Virus record (IMG/VR): IMGVR_UViG_3300020042_005582
Coordinates: 1-30,743 of that record
Length of the DNA stretch: 30,743 nucleotides
From: a virus
Taxonomy: Duplodnaviria; Caudoviricetes
Direction: 5' to 3' (one strand)
Shown here: one piece after another, positions 17,538 to 24,705 of the stretch
Layout of the letters: each line of letters begins with the position of its first letter
Position numbering within the stretch: the first letter of the stretch is position 1
The notes under the pieces: generated by a model
Told to the model about the DNA's origin: nothing
Database searches by the model: none
The model's input: only the letters and a program-made list of their open reading frames with translations
Translations under genes and position numbers: made by a program

Positions 17538-18088
17538 TGCGCTACATAGTTTCAGGATTACATCGCACCGGCACGTCGGCACTCGTCCGAGCCATCTCGG
17601 AAGCGTCCACGCTCACCGCCCATACTGACGCTTCTGTGGAAAGTGTCATTAGGTCAAGAGAGATTGACCCGGCCTACAATCCGAACCCGGCAGGCTACTT
17701 TTCACACGCGACGATGTTTGCGCCTGTTGCCGACTGGATCGGCGCAACACCTGATGAATGTGTGATGAAGGCGGCACCTGAAGCGTTTGCCAACGGTGCA
17801 GGTTCCGAACCTCTCACCGTGGTTTTGACTTCCCGGGCGCAACCTGAAATTGAAGCATCGTTTGCACGGGCGTTTGGGTTCACCGTTCCTGAGCATCGAT
17901 ACGGTGCGCGCGCGTTTGCTGAACAGGTTTTGATTGATGCACCCAACGTGACAGTGAACGTTGTGCAGTTTGCTGATTTGATTGCTGACCCGCAAACCGT
18001 TTTTGAAACACTTGCCGCAAACGGTTGGCCAATTGATGCCACGGTTGCGGCTGCAACAATCGATCCAACACTTTATCGAAACACCTGA
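17534..18088 (+). CDS. Sulfotransferase-family (P-loop-like) protein
   Basis: IVSGLHRTGTSAL resembles the PAPS-binding G-x-x-R-S/T-G-T-S motif. Also NPAGYF, VVLTSR, FADLIADP and IDPTLYRN. Confidence 0.7.
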   Translation: MMRYIVSGLHRTGTSALVRAISEASTLTAHTDASVESVIRSREIDPAYNPNPAGYFSHATMFAPVADWIGATPDECVMKAAPEAFANGAGSEPLTVVLTSRAQPEIEASFARAFGFTVPEHRYGARAFAEQVLIDAPNVTVNVVQFADLIADPQTVFETLAANGWPIDATVAAATIDPTLYRNT

Positions 18089-18107
18089 CTATTGACCGCA
18101 GGGGGTC

Positions 18108-18518
18108 ATGATGAATGAAGAATTGTTTGATTACGTTGACAATGAAATTGGTTCAACATTGTTGAATGCGTTTGCGCTCACACATGGTGATCGAAACAAT
18201 GCGTATGGACCGTTTGCAGAAGATTATTTGCGGGTTTCCAACACATGGAATTCATTGTGTGATGGTGACCCTGTTGAAATGTGCCCTGAATATGCGTTGT
18301 TGTTTATGGCCGTGATGAAATTGTGCCGCATTGCGCATGGTTTGCATTCCGGTTTGGCGTTTGAAAATCCGGTGATGATTGAAGATTCAATCACGGATTG
18401 TTGCGGATACCTTGACGGCATTTGGACTGTTCTGAATACGCCTGATGCGGTCAAAGAATCTGATGATGATGATATTGAAGATGATGATGATTGGGATGAT
18501 GATGACGATTGTGATTGA
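18108..18518 (+). CDS. DUF6378-like helical protein with acidic tail
   Basis: Pattern GDRNNAYG, MAVMKLCRI and DSITDCCGY. SD AGGGGG. Confidence 0.7.
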   Translation: MMNEELFDYVDNEIGSTLLNAFALTHGDRNNAYGPFAEDYLRVSNTWNSLCDGDPVEMCPEYALLFMAVMKLCRIAHGLHSGLAFENPVMIEDSITDCCGYLDGIWTVLNTPDAVKESDDDDIEDDDDWDDDDDCD

Positions 18519-18627
18519 ACCCGACACCATCACGTTGCCGGATGTTGATGAACCTGAACCGTATGACCCGGATGAACATGAATACCCGGATGAGCAGGAA
18601 TACCCAAACAAAGATTGGAACATTTGA
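18511..18627 (+). CDS. Small acidic peptide (38 aa)
   Basis: GTG start; reads MIEPDTITLPDVDEPEPYDPDEHEYPDEQEYPNKDWNI. Overlaps the upstream stop and is TGATG-coupled to the holin. Confidence 0.55.
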   Translation: MIEPDTITLPDVDEPEPYDPDEHEYPDEQEYPNKDWNI

Positions 18628-18896
18628 TGAACACTGTTTTGTTGCGTGCCATTGCTGAACGTGCCGTGAAAACTGCGGTGCAGTCTGTGCTGCTTGCTGT
18701 TGCCGGTGCCACTGGTGCAGATTTGTTTGCGTTGGATTGGCGGACCATTGGGGCTGCTGCTGCTGCTGGTGCTGTTCTGTCTGTCCTGACTTCGATTGCG
18801 TCACTGCCGTTTGGCCCTGCCGGTTCGCCGTCTGTGGTGGCCACTGTCCCTGTGGTGGATTCTGTGCCCCCTGTGGGCCGTCCTGTTGGGTTGTGA
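18627..18896 (+). CDS. Holin, r1t family
   Basis: AERAVKTAVQS, LDW, GAVLSVLTSIAS and GSPS match the r1t holin pattern. Confidence 0.88.
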   Translation: MNTVLLRAIAERAVKTAVQSVLLAVAGATGADLFALDWRTIGAAAAAGAVLSVLTSIASLPFGPAGSPSVVATVPVVDSVPPVGRPVGL

Positions 18897-18995
18897 TTGT
18901 TCTCCGGTTCATGCACACGGCATTCCCCTGCGCCGTGATTGGATGCCATCAGGCTTGATTGCCTACTGAGCAAACCCCTATTTGAACCGGCTGTG

Positions 18996-19043
18996 AAAGC
19001 CCCCCACCCCCCTGCTGGTCAGGTGCCGGGTGGGGGGCTTTTT
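18996..19043 (+). terminator. Intrinsic terminator ending the late operon
   Basis: 14-bp inverted repeat AAAGCCCCCCACCC / GGGTGGGGGGCTTT ending in a T run. Confidence 0.8.
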
Positions 19044-19069
19044 ACGTTCCCCGAATCCCCTGTGATTCA

Positions 19070-19115
19070 GGGGGTTTGTGGGGGTTGTTGCACATGTGGC
19101 AGGTGTGTGGTAGAA
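19070..19115 (+). promoter_or_regulatory. 46-bp direct repeat copy 1, sigma70-like promoter
   Basis: GGGGGTTTGTGGGGGTTGTTGCACATGTGGCAGGTGTGTGGTAGAA, containing TTGCAC-17 bp-TAGAAC with a TG extension. Identical copy at 19464. Confidence 0.7.
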
Positions 19116-19146
19116 CTTGTGCATGGCCCCGCAGGGGTGGCCCACC

Positions 19147-19168
19147 AACAAAGGAAAGCAACCAATGA
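19147..19168 (+). repeat. 22-bp RBS/start repeat copy 1
   Basis: AACAAAGGAAAGCAACCAATGA, identical to 19546-19567. Contains SD and ATG. Confidence 0.85.
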
Positions 19169-19434
19169 ACACCATCACCATTTTCGGACCCGACCTGAAC
19201 CCGACACACCAAGCGCAAGGTATGCATCACGTTCACACCGCTGGATGCACTCACGCCCGCCGCTATTCATATGTGCCTGACTACTACATTGAAACCATTG
19301 AAGCCGAAACCATTGCCGATGCAGTAGTGGCCATATACGGTGACCACATCGATGAAGGCAGCACCATTGAAGAATGCCGTTTGGAGATGTATTTCGGCCC
19401 ATGCGCACTCGCCGCTTTAAGTTCGGATGACTGA
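19165..19434 (+). CDS. Hypothetical early protein (89 aa), possible metal-binding HVHxxGC...PC motif
   Basis: Start lies within the repeated RBS. Contains HHVHTAGC and YFGPC. Confidence 0.75.
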   Translation: MNTITIFGPDLNPTHQAQGMHHVHTAGCTHARRYSYVPDYYIETIEAETIADAVVAIYGDHIDEGSTIEECRLEMYFGPCALAALSSDD

Positions 19435-19463
19435 CCCGGCAGCCCTCACCAGCCCCCAATTTG

Positions 19464-19509
19464 GGGGGTTTGTGGGGGTTGTTGCACATGTGGCAGGTGT
19501 GTGGTAGAA
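19464..19509 (+). promoter_or_regulatory. 46-bp direct repeat copy 2, sigma70-like promoter
   Basis: Identical to 19070-19115. Confidence 0.7.
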
Positions 19510-19545
19510 AATGGACATGGGAACGGGGGACCAGCCCCCACCGCA

Positions 19546-19567
19546 AACAAAGGAAAGCAACCAATGA
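19546..19567 (+). repeat. 22-bp RBS/start repeat copy 2
   Basis: Identical to 19147-19168. Confidence 0.85.
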
Positions 19568-20052
19568 GTACTGCAAGAACAACATCAATTGGAACCACCC
19601 GCACGGGCGCCAAAATCCACATTGCCTACAAAGGACGACGCTGGTGTGCAGGCAATTACACACACAGCACACGCAACCGGGGGCTGATCACCAACACCAC
19701 GGAAATTGATGACACACAAATTGCCGATGCCGTCGCAGGCATGGACGTGTGTGAAAAGTGTGCAATTGAAATCAACCACATTGTGCGCGATGCCAACCGC
19801 AAGTTTTTGGCAGTGACGTACAACGGCACCGGTGAACCAATCGCCTATTGGTTGGGGGTCTGGTCGGCGTGTGAAAGGTTTGTGGATCGTGAGCGTTCGC
19901 AGGATGAACGGGTGACCACACACACCATCACGCAGGTTGCACAATCAATGACATGGGAACAGGCCCGTGATCAAACATTCATACCGGACCCCGATGCCCG
20001 CGGGCATGTGTTGTGGTCCGGCACATGGACTGAACTAGAAAGGCACGCATGA
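19564..20052 (+). CDS. Hypothetical early protein with H..C..CxxC
   Basis: Start lies within the repeated RBS. Contains KIHIA..WC..VCEKC. Confidence 0.7.
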   Translation: MSTARTTSIGTTRTGAKIHIAYKGRRWCAGNYTHSTRNRGLITNTTEIDDTQIADAVAGMDVCEKCAIEINHIVRDANRKFLAVTYNGTGEPIAYWLGVWSACERFVDRERSQDERVTTHTITQVAQSMTWEQARDQTFIPDPDARGHVLWSGTWTELERHA

Positions 20053-20279
20053 ACATCACAGAATCAATCACGCAGGTTGATCAGGTCACTGATGAACTGC
20101 TGCAACACGCGTTGGATATCACTGAAGATTTCTTTGCTGATGAACCAATCAACAGGTTTGGATTCATTGACCGGGTTGAACTACGGGCTGAAGTTGATTT
20201 GGGTTCTGACATGGACACACCTGCCATCAAACATTTGTTGAAAGCCGCAAGAAACCACAAGAAGGAAATGAACGCATGA
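20049..20279 (+). CDS. Hypothetical protein
   Basis: 76 aa, ATGA-coupled on both sides. Confidence 0.7.
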   Translation: MNITESITQVDQVTDELLQHALDITEDFFADEPINRFGFIDRVELRAEVDLGSDMDTPAIKHLLKAARNHKKEMNA

Positions 20280-20449
20280 ACACTGAAATGATTTCAACGG
20301 GCGAGGCCGCGCGCATGTTGGGGGTGTCATCGGAAACGGTGCGCCGCTGGATCAAACGGGGCCACATCCATGCAACACAAATGCCATCAGGACAATCACG
20401 CATCAACAAACAATCAATCATCGAAATGCAGAACAGGGGAAACCAATGA
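20276..20449 (+). CDS. MerR/excisionase-like helix-turn-helix DNA-binding protein (57 aa)
   Basis: Not in the track. Reads MNTEMISTGEAARMLGVSSETVRRWIKRGHIHATQMPSGQSRI..., a classic HTH_17-type pattern. ATGA overlaps at both ends. Confidence 0.85.
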   Translation: MNTEMISTGEAARMLGVSSETVRRWIKRGHIHATQMPSGQSRINKQSIIEMQNRGNQ

Positions 20450-20721
20450 ACATTGCAATCACCACCTATCAGGCAAATCGTTTGCGGCTTGTGCTTGCTG
20501 AACTGTTGGCCAGTTCTGAACGCATGGCAAACCATCCTGACGCGCCTGAAAAGTTGGTGACTGAATCACGCATCACCGCTGGTGTGTGTTTGGCTGTCAT
20601 CAACAAAATTGTGCATGAACAATCGCGTGGGAACATTGCGCGCGCTGTTCTGAATGAACGCATCACTCAAACGTTCTATGGCGATGCCATCGGCAATCAG
20701 CGCGCCGGGCTGGATCGTTGA
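20446..20721 (+). CDS. Hypothetical protein
   Basis: SD AGGGGA; 91-aa helical ORF. Confidence 0.65.
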   Translation: MNIAITTYQANRLRLVLAELLASSERMANHPDAPEKLVTESRITAGVCLAVINKIVHEQSRGNIARAVLNERITQTFYGDAIGNQRAGLDR

Positions 20722-20722
20722 C

Positions 20723-21004
20723 ATGTCTGAAATAAAACGGGCCTACCAGCAAACCGCTGACGCTGTTGAGCAGTTCCGCCGGGGCATCATTGAAACTCAT
20801 CGGGCAGATTCATACCGCACCATGTCTGACCTTCTGCAACGCAAAGCATTGGAACGCATGGATGGTGCATTGCATGACATTCTTGATGCCCTATGCCTTG
20901 ACGATTCCAATGATGCTGATGTGTGGGCTGCTCTCATCGACACCAAAACACCGGTTGATGATGTGGTTGCCAACCTGTTTGATTTGGAAGCGGTGAAACG
21001 ATGA
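20723..21004 (+). CDS. Hypothetical protein
   Basis: ATG immediately after the upstream stop; begins MSEIKRAYQQ. Confidence 0.6.
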   Translation: MSEIKRAYQQTADAVEQFRRGIIETHRADSYRTMSDLLQRKALERMDGALHDILDALCLDDSNDADVWAALIDTKTPVDDVVANLFDLEAVKR

Positions 21005-21297
21005 CAACCAAAGTGCGTTGCGTGTTGTGTGGGTCACTGTTTGATTCAGGGACCGCAGCGAAACGTGTCGCAGATTTCAACCGGCATCGGTGCAGTCGAA
21101 TGAAACCTGTTGATGAACGGGTGAACGCACCGGTTGCGGTGGTTGGGTTTGCTGCATTGATTGTTGGCCTGATGTTGCTGAACTGCTTTGTGATGTTGCT
21201 GGCATCATCGGATTGGATGACACCGGTTGCCGTGTTCATTGTGATCATGGCAGCGGGTGTCACAGTGTTCAAACTGACTGAACGGAACCCACGATGA
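21001..21297 (+). CDS. Membrane protein with N-terminal CxxC...HxC motif
   Basis: CVLCG...HRC followed by two hydrophobic segments. Confidence 0.65.
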   Translation: MTTKVRCVLCGSLFDSGTAAKRVADFNRHRCSRMKPVDERVNAPVAVVGFAALIVGLMLLNCFVMLLASSDWMTPVAVFIVIMAAGVTVFKLTERNPR

Positions 21298-21380
21298 AAG
21301 ATGCATGGCCGTTGATACTTTCCGCAATCATGTTTGCCATTCTGCTGGCATGGACCTACGCAATCACGGGGGGTTGGTGA
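21294..21380 (+). CDS. Tiny hydrophobic peptide (28 aa)
   Basis: Reads MKDAWPLILSAIMFAILLAWTYAITGGW. ATGA overlap upstream and TGATG coupling to the resolvase. Confidence 0.55.
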   Translation: MKDAWPLILSAIMFAILLAWTYAITGGW

Positions 21381-21709
21381 TGGCTAACGCAAACAAAATC
21401 AAAGGTGACATGGCTGAACGTGAAGTGACCCGCTACCTGCAAGGGTCAGGGTTCACAGCGTCACGAATTCCGGCAGGTTCCAATGCTGACATTGGTGATG
21501 TGTGGTTGCCGCCACCGTTGCCCGCAGTGCAGGTGAAGAATGTTGCAAAATTAGATTTGTCAGGCTGGTGCAATCAGGTTGATGAACAGGCATTCAATGC
21601 CAAACGTGAATGCGGTGTGGTGGTTCACAAACGCAAAGGCAAAACAAACCCCGGTGACTGGTATGTCACCATGACGTTGGACACGCTCACGAAACTGTTG
21701 AAAGGCTGA
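21380..21709 (+). CDS. Holliday junction resolvase (Hjc-like PD-(D/E)XK)
   Basis: Motifs NKIKGDMAEREV, DIGDV, VQVKN, VVVHKRKG and WYVTMTL are typical of actinophage resolvases. Confidence 0.82.
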   Translation: MANANKIKGDMAEREVTRYLQGSGFTASRIPAGSNADIGDVWLPPPLPAVQVKNVAKLDLSGWCNQVDEQAFNAKRECGVVVHKRKGKTNPGDWYVTMTLDTLTKLLKG

Positions 21710-21711
21710 TC

Positions 21712-21921
21712 ATGGACACATTCAATTTGGAAACATTGAACCGCATGTGGGATTCATTGCAGGCCGCAGCAAACGCTGATGATGCAGATTTTGAATTGTA
21801 TTTGGATGCTGCCGATGCGTTGCACATGTGTTTGGAACGCATCAATCATTTGGAACAGATGCAATCAAACTTGCGGGCCGAACTGCAACGGCAACGTGCA
21901 ATGGAAGCGGCAGGCTATTGA
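21712..21921 (+). CDS. Hypothetical protein
   Basis: 69 aa with a coiled-coil C-terminus; SD AAAGG. Confidence 0.6.
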   Translation: MDTFNLETLNRMWDSLQAAANADDADFELYLDAADALHMCLERINHLEQMQSNLRAELQRQRAMEAAGY

Positions 21922-22286
21922 CTGCCTATCCGAACGCACCGGGTGCATGGGCTGACAAAGGTGCATGCAAAGGAATGTTGCAAACGTTCTACATGAACAA
22001 CAAAAACAAAAAGGTGATTGATCGTGCCCTTGCCGTATGTCTCACCTGTCCTGTCATCATGGAATGCCAACAATATGCGTTGGCAAACAATGAGGAGTAC
22101 GGCATTTGGGGTGGGATGACATCGGAACAGCGACGCGGGAACACCGCACCGAAACGAAAACGTGCGTTGGTGGTTTCGTGCGGCACAAATTCAGGTTATG
22201 TGAAAGGGTGCCGTTGCGATCCATGCCGGGTTGCGCACACTTGTGCAGTGAACGAATACCGCAACCGCAAACGGGTTGTGCGTTGA
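21918..22286 (+). CDS. whiB: WhiB-family transcription factor with extra C-terminal Cys cluster
   Basis: W..GAC..F...ALAVCLTCPV..ECQQYAL..EEYGIWGGMTSEQR contains four Cys and the G(I/V)WGG turn. The tail reads CGTNSGY..GCRCDPCR. TTG start overlaps the upstream stop. Confidence 0.92.
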   Translation: MTAYPNAPGAWADKGACKGMLQTFYMNNKNKKVIDRALAVCLTCPVIMECQQYALANNEEYGIWGGMTSEQRRGNTAPKRKRALVVSCGTNSGYVKGCRCDPCRVAHTCAVNEYRNRKRVVR

Positions 22287-22289
22287 CTG

Positions 22290-22520
22290 TCACACCCGGT
22301 TGGTACGGTTTCTGTACCACCGGACAGCACCGGCACCGTTCACTATCTGCCACAAAACAAACATGGCCAAAAAGCCGGGTTGACCGGTCACAACAGCAAA
22401 CACAGCCCACGGATATGAATGCAGCAGCACAATCAGAAAACCCCACCATTTGCCACGGCTGATGAACCATTGGCCAGTGACACCAACCAATTCAAAACAC
22501 AACAAAACCATTGGCCACAT
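22290..22520 (-). CDS. Small membrane protein, PnuC-like half transporter
   Basis: LVGVTGQWFISRGKWWGFLI...PWAVFAVVTGQPGF...RW, with about 3 TM segments. Fills the gap between whiB and the exonuclease almost exactly. Confidence 0.6.
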   Translation of the reverse strand: MWPMVLLCFELVGVTGQWFISRGKWWGFLIVLLHSYPWAVFAVVTGQPGFLAMFVLWQIVNGAGAVRWYRNRTNRV

Positions 22521-22550
22521 CAGGCCATTCTAAACGGGAGCAAACAAAAA

Positions 22551-24113
22551 ATGACAGACATGATCGGCAAAGCAATTAGCACAGACGTGCGCAGGGACCG
22601 TTGGGGCCGTTATCAGGTGTTACCCCCGGAAGGTGGACCGTTGCGCGGCTATGCGCGCGCCACCACCGTGGCCAAAGCATTGGATGACACCAGCAGCCTG
22701 ATGACATGGAACGCACGAATGACCGCCATCGGGTTGGCAGCACGCGCAGATTTGTATGCAGCACTCACAACCACTGACGCTGATGACCGCAAAGCCATTG
22801 ACAGCATTTGCAAACGTGCCAGTGAAGCGGGCGGTGCAACCGTCCGACGTGATTTGGGTACAGCAATTCATGCCATGTTGGAACAGTCCTACACGAATCC
22901 TGATTATCAGGCACCGGATCAGTACGCAGCAGACATTGCAGCAGTGCATCAGGCTTTAGCGGATGCAGGCGCACGGGTGTTGCCTGAATATGTGGAACGC
23001 ATGGTGGTGTTGGATGCACATGAAATTGCTGGCACCTGTGATGGTGTGTTGGAAATCAACGGCAAACGATTCCTGTTTGACAACAAAACCGGATCACTGA
23101 GCAGCCTGAAATTTGGCAACCTTGCATGGGCAATACAGATGGCAATTTATTCACGCGCTGATGCGCTCTACACACAAGGCATTGCCATTGATGGTTCACA
23201 AGATGTGCGTGAACCAATGCCTGAAATCAGCAGGGAACACGCAGTGATCATTCACATTGAACCCAACAGTGCTGATTGCACATTGCATTGGATTGATTTG
23301 ACGGTTGGGGCAGACGCGTTGCAAACGGCGTTGCAGGTTCGACAGTTCCGCAAAGCCAAACCATTGCGCCCGTTCACCCCCACGCAATCGCTGCCTGCAA
23401 TGGCTGCAACTGTTGCACCTGATGTGGTGGGTGATGTGTGGCGTGTGTCAACGCGTGAACGGTTGATGGCGATTGTTGCTCACGGTGAGGCCAAAGCGAT
23501 GGTGGGTCACATGTGGCCTGCCGGGGTTGCCACAATCAAATCAGGTGACCCCATCACGATGGAACAGGGTGAACTGGTGGATGTGGCGTTGTCACAGATT
23601 GAAAAGGAACATGGCTTGCCGTTTCCCACCATTGCCCCCACAGTGGCCCCTGCTGCCCCCGTGAAGGCTGCAAGGGCACCTACCCCCGATGAGGGTAGGA
23701 ACGTCACACAGGACGAAATAGACGGACTGACGGCATTGGCACAAGAACTGCCCGAAAACTGTCGGGCCATTGTCAACGACGTGATGAAAGCCTGCACCAA
23801 AGCCAACCGGCCCATCAGGTTGACCGGGCGAGGCGGCAAACCAACCGAACACCGGTTGGAAGTGTGCAAAGCACTGGTGGCCCTAGCCCATTTTGATGAT
23901 GTGGAACTGATCATGGCCGCAGTTGCTATTGCTACAGGCGACGCGCGTAAAAATGCAGACACGTTGGGGGACACGTTGGGTGGGTTGACCATCCAACAGG
24001 CCATCAGCGTGCAGGGTGTTGCCAAAGAAATTGCAGCCGGATCATTGATCCCAATGTGGGATGACACTGGCACCGCATATTTGTTTGGCGACTGGCCACC
24101 GGTCACAAAATGA
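22551..24113 (+). CDS. PD-(D/E)XK exonuclease (RecB/Cas4-like) with long C-terminal extension
   Basis: Motifs RDRWGRY, YARATT, LGTAIH, ERMVV, AGTCD, DNKTG and IQMAIY. SD GGGAG before ATG 22551. Confidence 0.85.
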   Translation: MTDMIGKAISTDVRRDRWGRYQVLPPEGGPLRGYARATTVAKALDDTSSLMTWNARMTAIGLAARADLYAALTTTDADDRKAIDSICKRASEAGGATVRRDLGTAIHAMLEQSYTNPDYQAPDQYAADIAAVHQALADAGARVLPEYVERMVVLDAHEIAGTCDGVLEINGKRFLFDNKTGSLSSLKFGNLAWAIQMAIYSRADALYTQGIAIDGSQDVREPMPEISREHAVIIHIEPNSADCTLHWIDLTVGADALQTALQVRQFRKAKPLRPFTPTQSLPAMAATVAPDVVGDVWRVSTRERLMAIVAHGEAKAMVGHMWPAGVATIKSGDPITMEQGELVDVALSQIEKEHGLPFPTIAPTVAPAAPVKAARAPTPDEGRNVTQDEIDGLTALAQELPENCRAIVNDVMKACTKANRPIRLTGRGGKPTEHRLEVCKALVALAHFDDVELIMAAVAIATGDARKNADTLGDTLGGLTIQQAISVQGVAKEIAAGSLIPMWDDTGTAYLFGDWPPVTK

Positions 24114-24157
24114 CCACGGCAAACAACAACAACCACAAACGAAACGGAAACCACAAC

Positions 24158-24580
24158 ATGTCCATTGATCAATCAATCATCAACGATCTGACCAGCACCA
24201 CAGGCGACGTTGCCAAATGGGAAACCATTGGCGACACACGCAAGGTGCGCATTGCCACTGCAACCAAACAGCAGGTAACGAATTTCGCGACTGGTGAACC
24301 TGAAACATGGGGCAACGGTGAACCGAAATGGCAGTTGGTGTTCACCGGTGTTGATCCTGACACTGGTGATGACACCCGCATTTTTGCAAAGGGTTTCATG
24401 TATACGGCAGTGAAAAAGTGTTTTACCGCTGCCGGTCAGGTGCCTGAAGTTGGCGGTGTTCTCGCCATCCAATGGACAGGTGAAGAACCGGCAAAGGTGA
24501 AAGGGTACAACCCATCCAAAACATGGCGCGCGCAATACGCACCGCCTGCAATCACCATTGACGCTGACGATTTGATTTGA
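24158..24580 (+). CDS. Single-stranded DNA-binding protein (actinophage type)
   Basis: KWETIGD, TGEPETWGNGEPKWQLVFT, EVGGVL, YNPSKTWRAQY and an acidic tail DADDLI. Follows the exonuclease. Confidence 0.75.
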   Translation: MSIDQSIINDLTSTTGDVAKWETIGDTRKVRIATATKQQVTNFATGEPETWGNGEPKWQLVFTGVDPDTGDDTRIFAKGFMYTAVKKCFTAAGQVPEVGGVLAIQWTGEEPAKVKGYNPSKTWRAQYAPPAITIDADDLI

Positions 24581-24586
24581 CAATTT

Positions 24587-24688
24587 ACCTGCACCGGGTC
24601 ATATCCCCCGCCGTCTTGTGAACCCGGTGCAGGTTTCATTTCGACCCCCAACACGCAAACGGGCTTGCGGGTTGGGGGTCGGTTTCTT
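24587..24688 (+). terminator. Two tandem GC-rich hairpins after SSB; the second is terminator-like
   Basis: ACCTGCACCGGG/CCCGGTGCAGGT (24587-24634) and CGACCCCCAAC/GTTGGGGGTCG (24642-24681), followed by GTTTCTT. Confidence 0.6.
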
Positions 24689-24705
24689 ATCCGCACACAA
24701 TCTGA

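Noticed and set aside
18904-18990. tRNA or self-cleaving ribozyme
   Set aside because: No T-loop GTTCRA in the right position, no cloverleaf or CCA end, and I could not build a convincing hammerhead or HDV-like core.
19070-19567. Direct repeats as a CRISPR array or attachment sites
   Set aside because: Only two copies, 394 bp apart, with a gene between them. No cas genes or integrase, and the content is promoter- and RBS-like.
20276-20449. Excisionase implying a temperate lifestyle
   Set aside because: No integrase, repressor or parAB is visible. This HTH type is common as a plain DNA-binding protein. The small missing part of the genome leaves slight uncertainty.
22551-23360. Cas4 as part of a CRISPR system
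   Set aside because: It lacks the four-Cys Fe-S pattern of Cas4 and sits beside SSB, so it is a phage recombination exonuclease.
23507-24172. 221-aa minus-strand ORF and the many other antisense ORFs in the track
   Set aside because: They fully overlap well-supported + strand genes and have no recognisable motifs or SD.
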